Origin: Minisyncoccales bacterium
GTDB taxonomy: Bacteria > Patescibacteriota > Minisyncoccia > Minisyncoccales > JBAMLS01
DNA length: 64,000 bases
NCBI GenBank assembly: GCA_039793445.1
Contig: JBAMLS010000001.1
Coordinates: 3,504-67,503, forward strand
Direction of reading: 5' to 3'
Position numbers and translations under genes: made by a program. Numbering within the stretch: position 1 is the first letter of the stretch; each line of letters opens with the position of its first letter. The notes under the pieces were generated by a model, which saw nothing but the letters and a program-made list of their open reading frames with translations, was not told the origin of the DNA and ran no database searches. Positions 1-9,482 of this stretch are shown in pieces.

Positions 1-293
1 TGAGAATTATTTTCATTAAATAATGGGTCTCTTAATATATTATCGGAAATTTGTTTTTGAAGATCACTGTTATCAAAACAAATCCAAGAAGTAGAAATTG
101 GATAAATATTATTCTTTTTAAAATAATTATCAATCCTCGATTTTAAAAGTAATAAATCTTGTTTCCGCTGCTCGTCTCTTATTTTAATTATATTTCCAGA
201 ATAATAAAAATAAGAAGCAAGAAAAATAAAAAATATTATAGTTAGATAAATAAAAAATTCTATTTTAGAGAAATTTTTTAAATTGTTGAACAT
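1..293 (-). CDS. Partial CDS (N-terminal part; C-terminus runs off the window start), hypothetical membrane-anchored protein
   Basis: Reverse strand reads ATG (complement of 291-293) then MFNNLKNFSKIEFFIYLTIIFFIFLASYF... with no stop through position 1. Hydrophobic N-terminal segment. Absent from the ORF track, probably because it is truncated. Confidence 0.3.
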   Translation of the reverse strand, partial: MFNNLKNFSKIEFFIYLTIIFFIFLASYFYYSGNIIKIRDEQRKQDLLLLKSRIDNYFKKNNIYPISTSWICFDNSDLQKQISDNILRDPLFNENNS

Positions 294-327
294 AAAAAAA
301 CGATAAGAGTCGTATAATATTTAGTAT

Positions 328-1677
328 TCAGAGAGATTCTGGTCGTTCAACTAAAACAACAGAGATTTCAAATGTCTTTTTATCTCTTAATACTTTTAGA
401 ATAACATTATCGCCAGGAGAATATTTTGTAATTATTTTGGAAAGAGAATTTTGGGAAGTAATTTTTTCTCCATTTAACTCTAAAATGATATCGCCCTCTT
501 TCAAACCAGCTTTTTCAGCCGGAGACCCAGGAATAACTCCTGGTTCATTGTTTTCTTCGTTTTTTACTATCAATGCTCCATAATCTATTGTTAAATGATA
601 TTTTTCTTTTACTTCTTGATTTATCAAAATATATCTTACTCCCAACCAGGGATAAATAATTTTTCCAATTGTTTTAATTTGTTCTACATCTCTTTTTGCT
701 TTATTAATAGGGATTGCAAAACCAATATTTTGAGCATCCTGCGCCATTGCTACATTTACACCTATTACTTGACCTTTTAAATTTAAAAGAGGACCCCCCG
801 AATTACCGCTATTTATTGCAGCATCTGTTTGAATCACATCTTCTAATATCTCCACCATACCAGCCCCAGAAGCTGTAATTGTTCTCCCCAAACCTGAAAT
901 AACACCCATTGAAACAGTATTTCTGAATTCCCCTAACGCATTACCAATAGCAATCACAATCTGACCTATTTGTAAATTAGAAGAATCACCCATTTGAATT
1001 GGTTTAAATGAAGTTAAATCAGTAACAGGTTTTTGAATCTTTATAATTGCTAAATCTTGAATGGGATCTAAAGCTAAAACTTTTGCATCATATTTTTTCC
1101 CATCATTAGTAATAATCGTATATTGTGCTTTTTTATCTGAAACTACATGTTTATTTGTTAATACTAAACCATCTTCTGAAATAATAAACCCGGTTCCACC
1201 CCCTACTTCTCTTTTTTCGGTGCCTTTTTGCTTATATTGAGGAATCTGAAAATCGGGAAAATTAAAATCTTCTGGTCCAAAAAAATCTTTAAAAGGATTA
1301 ATATAATATTGTTCAAAAACGGGCAAATCTTTTGTAATAATTATACTGACTACAGATGGCGAAGCTTCTTTGACCACTTTTATAATGTTTTCTTCAAGCC
1401 CTGCTGTAGATTGATAATTACTTTCTTCTTTTAAAGAAGAAGGGGTTGAAGTAATATTTTCTTTTTTTTCAATAAAAAGTTTTGGTGGTGAAAATCTGAT
1501 TCTTATAGAAAGAATTTTATTAATTTCTTCTTTAATTAAAGGATAATACTTTATCCCGCTAATAAAGCCTACTATAAAAAATATTAAAAAGCTTGCAAAA
1601 AGAATTATTTTAAAATTTTTTCTATCATTCTTTTTGTTTTCATTATTTTGTTTTTCTTGAAAATTTGTTATTTCCAT
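328..1677 (-). CDS. htrA: HtrA/DegP-family periplasmic serine protease with C-terminal PDZ domain
   Basis: Trypsin-like catalytic motifs TNKHVV, DLAIIKI and GNSGGPLLNLKGQVIGVN; C-terminal PDZ-like region (GSPAEKAGLKEGDIILELNG); N-terminal TM anchor. Confidence 0.85.
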   Translation of the reverse strand: MEITNFQEKQNNENKKNDRKNFKIILFASFLIFFIVGFISGIKYYPLIKEEINKILSIRIRFSPPKLFIEKKENITSTPSSLKEESNYQSTAGLEENIIKVVKEASPSVVSIIITKDLPVFEQYYINPFKDFFGPEDFNFPDFQIPQYKQKGTEKREVGGGTGFIISEDGLVLTNKHVVSDKKAQYTIITNDGKKYDAKVLALDPIQDLAIIKIQKPVTDLTSFKPIQMGDSSNLQIGQIVIAIGNALGEFRNTVSMGVISGLGRTITASGAGMVEILEDVIQTDAAINSGNSGGPLLNLKGQVIGVNVAMAQDAQNIGFAIPINKAKRDVEQIKTIGKIIYPWLGVRYILINQEVKEKYHLTIDYGALIVKNEENNEPGVIPGSPAEKAGLKEGDIILELNGEKITSQNSLSKIITKYSPGDNVILKVLRDKKTFEISVVLVERPESL

Positions 1678-2078
1678 ATTTTTAATTTTAAATTAAAATA
1701 TTTTAATATATAAGGGAAGAAAATCAATAATCCAATTATTATAGAACCTAAAGAAGTTAATAATACTGCGCTTGCTGACAAATCTTTTATTCTTTTTATT
1801 TTTGGATCATTATTTGGGTTCAAGAAATCTAATATCCTCTCGATTTGAGAATTTAATAGTTCCAAGCTTAAAACAATAATAATAATTAGAAACAAAACTA
1901 ACATTAAATAAACTGAAAGTTGAAAATAAAAAGCTAAAATAATTGTAAAAATGCCAATAAAAACCTGAATTTTAAAAGTTTGTTCTTCTAAAATTGCTAT
2001 TTTAAAACCAGAAAAAGCATTTTTAATACTTTTTATTAATTTCTTAAAAGAAATTCCTCTTTGAATTTCAGAAGCCAT
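1668..2078 (-). CDS. dgkA: Diacylglycerol kinase / undecaprenol kinase (DgkA family)
   Basis: 136 aa, 3 TM. ELLNSQIERILDFL ... IKRIKDLSASAVLLTSLGSIII aligns with the E. coli DgkA EILNSAIEAVVDRIG...AKDMGSAAVLIAII core. Confidence 0.7.
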   Translation of the reverse strand: MASEIQRGISFKKLIKSIKNAFSGFKIAILEEQTFKIQVFIGIFTIILAFYFQLSVYLMLVLFLIIIIVLSLELLNSQIERILDFLNPNNDPKIKRIKDLSASAVLLTSLGSIIIGLLIFFPYILKYFNLKLKIWK

Positions 2079-2088
2079 AATAATAATT

Positions 2089-3264
2089 CTAAATCTTTAT
2101 AACCTTTTCTTCAATATCTGAAATTCGTTTTAAGAAAATAGTAAAAACTATCAAAAAAGAAAAAGAAACTATAAGAAAAATATAATTTACTTTCAAATTT
2201 AAAATTAGAAATTTAATTTTAGAAAAATAATTTAATATCAAAACAAAATATTTTAAAAAAATAAAAACTGAAAAAGAAAAAATTATTGAAAGCTTTGGTA
2301 ATAAAGAACCTAAAAATAAAAATAAAATTCCGCCGAAAATTATTAAAGGAAAAATAGGAAAAATTAACAAATTAGTAATTGGAAAGAAAAGAGGAATTTT
2401 TTGAAAATAAAACAATAATAAAGGAAAAATAAAAACTTGAGCAGAAAAAGTTATTGCCAAATTTTCTTTTATTTCTCTATTTTGCAAAATTTTAATTTTA
2501 TCAAAAATTTTGTTAAAAAATTTTTGATAAAAAATTAAACCTAAAACAGCTAAAAAAGAAAGTTGAAAGCTAATACTAAATCTTAATAAAAAAGGGTTTA
2601 AAGAAAGCATTAAAATAGCGCTATATAATAAAACTCTTTCTTCTTCAGCTTTTCTACCCAATAATTTAGATAAAAAAACTAAACTAGTCATCACTCCTGC
2701 TCTTATTGCCGATGCTGGAAATCCAATAAAAATAATATATAACCAAGAAAAAAATATTGTTAAAATTATTGCTTCTTTTCGCCAAAAACCAAGATTTAAT
2801 AAATACCCAAACAAATATACAGTAAAAATCGTAAGGTGAAAGCCAGAAATAGCCACAATATGACTTAAACCTGTATTAGATAAATCTTCTTTTATTTTTT
2901 GATCTGAAATTTTATTTCCTAAAAGTAAAGCTGAGAGAATCTGTGCTTCTTCTTGAGGTAAATTTTCAAAAATAAGTAAATTAAATTTTTCCCTTAGATT
3001 ATAAAAGAAAGGTTCTTCTGTTAAAATAATTTTATTTTTATTAAAATCTTTTGAATAACTTATTCTCATCATACCAAAAGATAAAAAAATCAAACATAAT
3101 GAAAATGCAATTATTTTTTTATTTCTTTTAAAAAACAAAAGATAAAGAATTCCTAAAATTAATGGTTCAAGAATTAATAAATTTGGAAGGGCAAAAAAAG
3201 AAGATAAAAATATTCCAAAAAGATAAGAAAGACAAACTAATAAAAAAATGGTAGATTTTGACAT
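2089..3264 (-). CDS. comEC: ComEC/Rec2 competence-domain membrane protein (channel part only, no beta-lactamase domain)
   Basis: Polytopic membrane protein with ComEC competence-domain signature SNTGLSHIVAISGFHLTIF (compare GLSHLLAISGLHV). It ends after the TM bundle; the matching MBL domain is encoded separately at 54314-55144. Confidence 0.7.
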   Translation of the reverse strand: MSKSTIFLLVCLSYLFGIFLSSFFALPNLLILEPLILGILYLLFFKRNKKIIAFSLCLIFLSFGMMRISYSKDFNKNKIILTEEPFFYNLREKFNLLIFENLPQEEAQILSALLLGNKISDQKIKEDLSNTGLSHIVAISGFHLTIFTVYLFGYLLNLGFWRKEAIILTIFFSWLYIIFIGFPASAIRAGVMTSLVFLSKLLGRKAEEERVLLYSAILMLSLNPFLLRFSISFQLSFLAVLGLIFYQKFFNKIFDKIKILQNREIKENLAITFSAQVFIFPLLLFYFQKIPLFFPITNLLIFPIFPLIIFGGILFLFLGSLLPKLSIIFSFSVFIFLKYFVLILNYFSKIKFLILNLKVNYIFLIVSFSFLIVFTIFLKRISDIEEKVIKI

Positions 3265-3875
3265 TATCTTTTAAAATTTTTAGCTAAAACTAAACCACAT
3301 AAAAAACCGCCTATATGAGCCAAATAAGCTACGGAGGTTTGAATATTTAAATTAATAAGTTGATATAAAAACCAAATTAAAATAAAAATTATTGCTGGAA
3401 TACTTATTATTTCTAAAAAAAAGAAAAATGGAATAAGAGTTTTTATTTGATTTTTGGGAAAAAAGATTAAATAGCCACCTAAAATACCTGAGATTGCCCC
3501 AGAGGCGCCAATTAAAGGAGTATTCAAGTCTTTAGAGAAAAAAACATAAAAAATTGACGAAAATAAGCCGCAGATAAAATAAAATTTTAGAAAATTTAGA
3601 TGACCAAGTTTTTTTTCTAAATTTTTACCAAAAACCCATAAAAACCACATATTTCCCAATAGATGTAATAAATTACCATGTAAAAACATATAGGTAAAAA
3701 GTGTAAGTATTTTTTTTCCTTCTAAAATTTTTTGAGGTATTAACCCATATTCTTTTATAAAAAAATTAAAATTGTGTAAAGAATAAAGGAAAAATAATAT
3801 ATTTATTAAAATTAAAAAAAATACAAAAATTGGTTTTTTGTTTGAAATTTTCTTTTCATCAGAAAGAAGAAGCAT
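3264..3875 (-). CDS. Rhomboid-family intramembrane serine protease
   Basis: Six TM; GxSG catalytic serine motif (GASGAISGILGGY) and downstream His (AHIGGFLCG). Confidence 0.75.
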   Translation of the reverse strand: MLLLSDEKKISNKKPIFVFFLILINILFFLYSLHNFNFFIKEYGLIPQKILEGKKILTLFTYMFLHGNLLHLLGNMWFLWVFGKNLEKKLGHLNFLKFYFICGLFSSIFYVFFSKDLNTPLIGASGAISGILGGYLIFFPKNQIKTLIPFFFFLEIISIPAIIFILIWFLYQLINLNIQTSVAYLAHIGGFLCGLVLAKNFKR

Positions 3876-3878
3876 AAA

Positions 3879-4631
3879 TTATTTTCTAATTTGGCAAGCT
3901 TCAAAAAAAGGAGATAGTACTTTTTGAATTTCTATTAGATATTCTATTGGATAAGGATTAATTTTTTCAAAATCGCTAGAAAGTGTATTTTTAGGCACAA
4001 AATTTTGTAAAAAATATTTTGGCAGTTTTTGACCAGCGGCAACATTATAAATCCATTTGGCTATTTCTAAAATATCGTTTTTATCTAATAAAGTCGGAAT
4101 AATAGTTGTTCTAAATTCATAATCAATCTTGCCTTGCTTTAAAATTTCAACACTTTTTTCGATGTTTGAAATAATCCTTTGAATAAATAAATTATCATTT
4201 ATTCCAATTACCTTACCATATTTTTCTTTTGGTGCTTTTACGTCTAAAGCAACGTAATCTATAAGTTTTAGATCTATTAAATTTTGCACCATTTCAGGAT
4301 TGTATCCATTTGTATCAAGTTTTATTAAAAAGCCAAGGTTTTTAATTTTACTACAAAATTCTAAAAGTTCTTTATATAAAGTTGGTTCACCACCTGTTAT
4401 AGTTACTCCCTCTAAAAAACCCCTTCTTTCTTTTAGGAAAGAAAAAAAATCTTCTACCGAAATTTGAAAGTGATTTTTTGTTAATTCTGGTAAAACTAAA
4501 TCTTTATTATGACAAAAGGGACACCTAAAAGGACAATTAATTAAAAAAACAGTACAAGATAATTTTCCTGGATAATCAATAAGAGAAAGTTTTTGAAGTC
4601 CACCTATTTTAATATTTTCTAAATTTTCCAT
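3879..4631 (-). CDS. nrdG: Anaerobic ribonucleoside-triphosphate reductase activating protein (radical SAM)
   Basis: CPFRCPFCHN radical-SAM Cys triad near the N-terminus; immediately downstream of nrdD on the same strand. Confidence 0.8.
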   Translation of the reverse strand: MENLENIKIGGLQKLSLIDYPGKLSCTVFLINCPFRCPFCHNKDLVLPELTKNHFQISVEDFFSFLKERRGFLEGVTITGGEPTLYKELLEFCSKIKNLGFLIKLDTNGYNPEMVQNLIDLKLIDYVALDVKAPKEKYGKVIGINDNLFIQRIISNIEKSVEILKQGKIDYEFRTTIIPTLLDKNDILEIAKWIYNVAAGQKLPKYFLQNFVPKNTLSSDFEKINPYPIEYLIEIQKVLSPFFEACQIRK

Positions 4632-4646
4632 AAAATAAAACCGACT

Positions 4647-7600
4647 CTACAATTTTATTAACTCTTGCTTTTTAATTTTAAATGTTTTTCTTTCTTTATA
4701 TTCCTGTTGTTTACCAAAATTAAATTGATTAACTGGTCTTAAATATCCAACTACCCTTGTATAAACTTCGCAAGGCTGTTTAATTGTACATTTTGGACAA
4801 TAAAAATGTTCTCCTTCTAAATAACCATGTACAGGACAGATAGAAAAAGTAGGAGTTATCGTAATATAAGGTAATTTAAATGTTTCAAATACTCTTTTTA
4901 TAAGTTTTTTTACACCTTCGCCGTCTTGCATTCTTTCGCCTAAAAATATATGAAATACACTTCCACCTGTATATTTACAAGTTAAATCATCTTGTAAAGA
5001 TAAAGCTTCAAAAACATCGTCGGTATAATTTACCGGCAACTGAGTACTATTTGTATAATAAGGAACTTTTTTTGTGCCAGCAGTAATAATATCTGGATAT
5101 CTTTCTTTATCCTTTAAAGCCAATCTATATGCTGTAGATTCAGAAGGAGTTTGCTCTAAATTATAAAGATTTCCAGTTTCATTTTGATATTTTACTAATC
5201 TTTCTCTCATAAAATCCAAAATTTCAAGAGCAAAAGATTTTCCTTTTTTAGAACCAATATCTTCTCCCAAAAAGTTTAAAAGAGCTTCATTCATTCCTAC
5301 TAAACCAATTGTTGAAAAATGGTTTGCATAATATTGATCTCTCATTTTTTTAATATCAGATAAATAATATCTAGAATAAGGATAAAGTCCTTTTTCTATA
5401 TAATTTTCTAATGCTTTTCTTTTTATTTCTAAACTCTCTTTAGCTAAATCCATAATTTTACCCAATCTTTCAAAAAATTCTTTTTTTGTTTTAGACAAAT
5501 AGCCAATTCTTGGCATATTGATCGTGCAGACCCCCGTACTGCCGGTCTTCGCGCCCGCGCCGAATAATCCGCCACCGCCTCGATTGTAAAGTTCTTTAAG
5601 GTTGAGCCGAAGCCGACAGCACATGCTGCGGACATCTTCAGGCTTCATTTCTGAATTAATATAATTTGCGAAATAATTGATGCCATATTTTGCTGATGCT
5701 TCAAAAATTCCATCAAATGCAGATTCATCCCAAGGAAAATCTTTAGTGATATTTATCGTTGGAATGGGAAAAGTAAAAACTCTTCCTTTAGCATCGCCCT
5801 CTAAATAAACCTCATAAAGGGCTTTGTTAAAAATTTTCATTTCTTCTTCAAATTCTCCATAGGTTTCCTTTTGGGATTTGCCGCCAATAATCACTGGTAA
5901 TTTAGCAAAAACCGGTGATGGTTTTAAGTCTAAAGTAATGTTGGTAAAAGGCGTATTGTGAAAAACTAAGCATCCTGTTCCTCCAACGAAATTTTCTTGT
6001 GGGAGATCAACTGAAATATCATATTCAAATTCTTTCTCATAAGAAACCTCTTCTTTGTTAAGACAAACTCTGGCTTCAAAATCACCCACTCTGTATTGTT
6101 TTCTCCCATATTTGCTGTTTTCTTTAAAAACCCGGATAATATATTGATCTCTCCAATTTTGATTATTTTTGCTTACTTTTTCTGTGTAAACACTAAAACG
6201 AATATCTTGTTGAGATAAAAGCAAACTTAAACTTAGAGAGAGCTTTTTGGAAGTTGTAGAAAAATCCCAATGATTTTTGTATTCGGTCGCCTCTCCTTTT
6301 AATAATGTTTCAATAAATATTCTCTGAAGGTCCGGAAATAAATTAAAAATATACCAAGGAATAACTTTATTGAAAGATAAAATACCACCACTTAAACTAA
6401 CAATTTCTGCCAATAATCCTTTAGCGGCAATTTTGTAAACATTCTGAACTTTATTTCCCTTTTGAGAATAACCCTTGCTCTCTTCACTTTTCCCCAAACT
6501 CTTAAGAAATTTTAAGGTTTCTAAAATTTCTTCTTTATTCTTTCTTTCGGCCTGGGAGAGATAGGCCGAAACAGACATTCCTTTGTGTCCTTCTCCAACA
6601 TACCAAGCACAAAGTTTAACAAAATTCTCCAATAATTTACCCTTTAAAATTCTGGGGTACCAAATTTTACTGTTTTTTAACCTGAACTTGATATTTTGTT
6701 TCTGATCTCCAAACTTTCTCCAGATATCATATCTAATTGATTTTCTTTTTAACCAATCTTTCCAAATACTTTTATCTCTTATGCCAAAATCAATATAAAA
6801 AGGATGAATGGCTTGATATTCTTTCAAAATATTTTTCCTGATTTTGCTTAAAGTATGAGTAGGATTTATCTTAACAAAAACATTTTTTTGAAGCTGAGGA
6901 AATTCATCAATCAATTCAACTAAATCTAATCTTTCTTCTTTTTTCTCCTGTTCTATCTTCCCCAAGGCTAAGAAATGATTTTTTTCATTTAAGTGACGGT
7001 AATCAGAAGCTATTTCTATATCATTTGCCGAAATTGGTGTGGGATTAAATTGGCCATTAAATTTTTCAAAAGCAAAAAGAGAGTGAGCTGGTGAAACAAT
7101 AGCCTCTCCCCGATTAGTTCTAATTTTTAAAAATGAAGATTTTTGAGGAACTTTATGTCTAATAAATGCTTTTACTTTTGCCCAAACTGCTTTTCCTTCA
7201 GAATCAAAAGAAAGAGTATAATAATCATCAAAATTTTCTACGGCATAACTTTGAGGATACTGCTCAATAATCCGATGAGAATTTTCTTCAAACACTTTGT
7301 CAATCAATTTGCCAATTTCAACAAATTTTATTTTCCCTTTATGTTTTATTACAACCAACTCCTCCCAAGCTAAACTTTGAAAACCCACTCTCGTCGGAAT
7401 AGCCATATTAAATAAAAATTCTTGAAGGGCTTGTTTTACTTGTTGATAGTTTAAATTGTCATAGCGAACGAAAGGGGCTAAAAGAGTATCAAAATTTGAA
7501 AAAGCAATCGCTCCGGCTGCTTCGCCTTGAAGAGTATACATAAAATTCACCACTTGGCCTAAAGCTGATCTAAAATGTTTTGGTGGTTTAGATTCAACCT

Positions 7601-8195
7601 TACCGGGAACTCCTCCAAAACCTTTTACTAATAAATCATATAAATCCCAACCCATACAATAACACCCTAAAGTATCCAAATTATGAATATGAAAATCACC
7701 AGATTCATTTGCCTCTCTAATTTCTTTTGGATAAATTTTATTTAACCAATATTTTTTAACAATATAAGAAACACCGTAATGATTTAATCCTTGAAGAGAA
7801 AAAGACATATTAGCGTTTTCTTGAACTTCCCAATCTAACTTTTCTAAATATTGATCAATTCTATCTACCGCTTCTTCTGAAACTAAAATTGCCTCTCTTA
7901 TTTTTCTTCTTTGTTCTCTGTATAAAATAAAAGATTTAGCGGTTTCTACTAAACCCTCTGAAATAAGAACCTCTTCGATAATATCTTGAATTTCTTCTAC
8001 ATTAGGAATTTCCCCTTCTTTAAAACGACGATTTAACAAAGAAATAACTTTTTCTGTAATTTCTTTTGATTTTTCGCCATCTCCCTGATTTGCAGCGGTA
8101 AGAGCTTTAAAAATTGCTTGAGTAATTTTTTCTTTATCAAAATCTACAATAGTTCCATCCCTTTTAATAACTTTAGCGATTTTATTTTCAACCAT
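4647..8195 (-). CDS. nrdD: Anaerobic ribonucleoside-triphosphate reductase (class III) with N-terminal ATP-cone, interrupted by an intein
   Basis: ATP-cone N-terminus. Conserved finger loop SMCCRLRLNLKELYNRGGGGLFGAGAKTGSTGVCTINMPRIG. C-terminal Zn ribbon CPVHG...CPKC and glycyl-radical motif TRVVGYL. The ORF is 1182 aa; removing the 474-aa intein leaves about 708 aa, which is typical for NrdD. Confidence 0.9.
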   Translation of the reverse strand: MVENKIAKVIKRDGTIVDFDKEKITQAIFKALTAANQGDGEKSKEITEKVISLLNRRFKEGEIPNVEEIQDIIEEVLISEGLVETAKSFILYREQRRKIREAILVSEEAVDRIDQYLEKLDWEVQENANMSFSLQGLNHYGVSYIVKKYWLNKIYPKEIREANESGDFHIHNLDTLGCYCMGWDLYDLLVKGFGGVPGKVESKPPKHFRSALGQVVNFMYTLQGEAAGAIAFSNFDTLLAPFVRYDNLNYQQVKQALQEFLFNMAIPTRVGFQSLAWEELVVIKHKGKIKFVEIGKLIDKVFEENSHRIIEQYPQSYAVENFDDYYTLSFDSEGKAVWAKVKAFIRHKVPQKSSFLKIRTNRGEAIVSPAHSLFAFEKFNGQFNPTPISANDIEIASDYRHLNEKNHFLALGKIEQEKKEERLDLVELIDEFPQLQKNVFVKINPTHTLSKIRKNILKEYQAIHPFYIDFGIRDKSIWKDWLKRKSIRYDIWRKFGDQKQNIKFRLKNSKIWYPRILKGKLLENFVKLCAWYVGEGHKGMSVSAYLSQAERKNKEEILETLKFLKSLGKSEESKGYSQKGNKVQNVYKIAAKGLLAEIVSLSGGILSFNKVIPWYIFNLFPDLQRIFIETLLKGEATEYKNHWDFSTTSKKLSLSLSLLLSQQDIRFSVYTEKVSKNNQNWRDQYIIRVFKENSKYGRKQYRVGDFEARVCLNKEEVSYEKEFEYDISVDLPQENFVGGTGCLVFHNTPFTNITLDLKPSPVFAKLPVIIGGKSQKETYGEFEEEMKIFNKALYEVYLEGDAKGRVFTFPIPTINITKDFPWDESAFDGIFEASAKYGINYFANYINSEMKPEDVRSMCCRLRLNLKELYNRGGGGLFGAGAKTGSTGVCTINMPRIGYLSKTKKEFFERLGKIMDLAKESLEIKRKALENYIEKGLYPYSRYYLSDIKKMRDQYYANHFSTIGLVGMNEALLNFLGEDIGSKKGKSFALEILDFMRERLVKYQNETGNLYNLEQTPSESTAYRLALKDKERYPDIITAGTKKVPYYTNSTQLPVNYTDDVFEALSLQDDLTCKYTGGSVFHIFLGERMQDGEGVKKLIKRVFETFKLPYITITPTFSICPVHGYLEGEHFYCPKCTIKQPCEVYTRVVGYLRPVNQFNFGKQQEYKERKTFKIKKQELIKL
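5955..7376 (-). mobile_element. Intein (about 474 aa, large, with a putative LAGLIDADG-type homing endonuclease region) inside nrdD
   Basis: C-terminal splice block EYDISVDLPQENFVGGTGCLVFHN followed by +1 Thr (TPFTNITLD); I verified the codons cac aat acg on the reverse strand at 5952-5960. The N-terminus starts at Ser274 (SLAWEELVVIKHKG...). There is an internal LCAWYVGEGHKG segment resembling LAGLIDADG. Confidence 0.65.
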
Positions 8196-8264
8196 AATTT
8201 TAAAAATATTTAGACCTTTACATTTTCAAATTATTATTTTTAAAAAAATTAAAAAATAAAATTT

Positions 8265-9470
8265 TTATGGAGAAAAAGATTTCAACATTCTTTTAATTTT
8301 AGATATTATTCCACTATTTTCTGTTATTTCAAATTTTAATGATTCTATCCCCTTTAATAAAAGACCTAAACAATTTAAATATTCTACATCAAAATTTGCA
8401 TTTATTTCTGTATTTTTTCCAATTCTTGTAGGAAGTTTAAAAAAAGATTTCGTATAGTCTAAAATACCATTTAATTTTGTTCCTCCCCCAGTTAAAACTA
8501 TTCCAGCAGGAAAACTAACATTTTTTGAAACCCTTTTTAATTCTTTCTGCAATTCAGATAAAATTTTATTAACGTGTTTTTGAACAAGATCTTTTATAAT
8601 TTTTTTTGAAATTATCAAGGATTCTTCTGGTAATAAAATTTTATCTTTTTCTTTTATTTTTTTAGGTATTTTTTTTGTTGATATAGAAGCATATTTTTGT
8701 TTAATTTTTTCTGCAGTTTTAATATCTGTTCTAAAAGCAATAGCTAAATCATTAGTAATTTCAGAAAAGCCAAAAGGAATTATTAAAAAATGAAAAATCT
8801 CGCCATTTTTAGCAAAAATAATTGTTGTTTGGCCTGCTCCAAAATCAATAGCAATAGCGCCTAATTCAACGCTTTCTTGATCTAAAACTGCTCTTGCTGT
8901 AGCTAATGGAGAGGGAATAAAAATTTCCTCTGCTTCAATATCTTCAGTTATTTTTTCTAAATTTTCCATTACTTGAGAAAAACATAAAATTTTTTTACAT
9001 TTCAATTCTAATTTTTGTCCTTGCAAATTCAAAGGATTTTTAATGCCTCCCTTATCATCTAATATAAACTCTTTATTGAGAAAATCTAAAAATAATTGAT
9101 TAGAAAGAAGGTTTACATTTTCTGCTTGATCTAATAATCTATCTATATCTTCTTTTTGTATTCTTCTATCGGGATGAGAAATAGTAATTAAATTTTTAGA
9201 ATCTTCTATTGTTAAATTTTTTCCAGAAACATTTAAAAAAATCTGGTTAATTTTATAGCCAGATTTTTCTTCTAAACTTTTTATAAGGTTATTAAATTTC
9301 TCTTTAACAATTTCAGGTTTTGCTATTTCGCCATTTCTGATGCCAAAAGAGGGAATAGTTAAAGTAGAAATTATTTCAATGGAAGCTAAATTTTTTTCTT
9401 GCTTTGCCAAAATTCCTTTTATTGTATAACTTCCAAAATCAACCGCGCAATAAATTATTGGTTTTGGCAT
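8265..9470 (-). CDS. ftsA: Cell division protein FtsA (actin-like ATPase)
   Basis: Actin-fold phosphate motifs AVDFGSYTIKG and AIDFGAGQTTIIF; FtsA-type C-terminal block GIVLTGGGTKLNGILDYTKSFFKLPTRIG. Confidence 0.65.
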   Translation of the reverse strand: MPKPIIYCAVDFGSYTIKGILAKQEKNLASIEIISTLTIPSFGIRNGEIAKPEIVKEKFNNLIKSLEEKSGYKINQIFLNVSGKNLTIEDSKNLITISHPDRRIQKEDIDRLLDQAENVNLLSNQLFLDFLNKEFILDDKGGIKNPLNLQGQKLELKCKKILCFSQVMENLEKITEDIEAEEIFIPSPLATARAVLDQESVELGAIAIDFGAGQTTIIFAKNGEIFHFLIIPFGFSEITNDLAIAFRTDIKTAEKIKQKYASISTKKIPKKIKEKDKILLPEESLIISKKIIKDLVQKHVNKILSELQKELKRVSKNVSFPAGIVLTGGGTKLNGILDYTKSFFKLPTRIGKNTEINANFDVEYLNCLGLLLKGIESLKFEITENSGIISKIKRMLKSFSP

Positions 9471-9482
9471 AATATAAGAAAT

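Noticed and set aside
5444-5635. 63-aa minus-strand ORF from the track, overlapping nrdD in another frame
   Set aside because: It lies entirely inside the strongly supported nrdD frame. It exists only because the local GC-rich patch removes stop codons. It reads as an Ala/Arg-rich, low-complexity translation.
8265-9470. Whether the 401-aa actin-like protein is a second PilM rather than FtsA
   Set aside because: The C-terminal block GIVLTGGGTKLNGILDYTKSFFKLPTRIG and the overall length match FtsA. The true pilM, with pilN (MINLLP) immediately downstream, is at 56502-57572.
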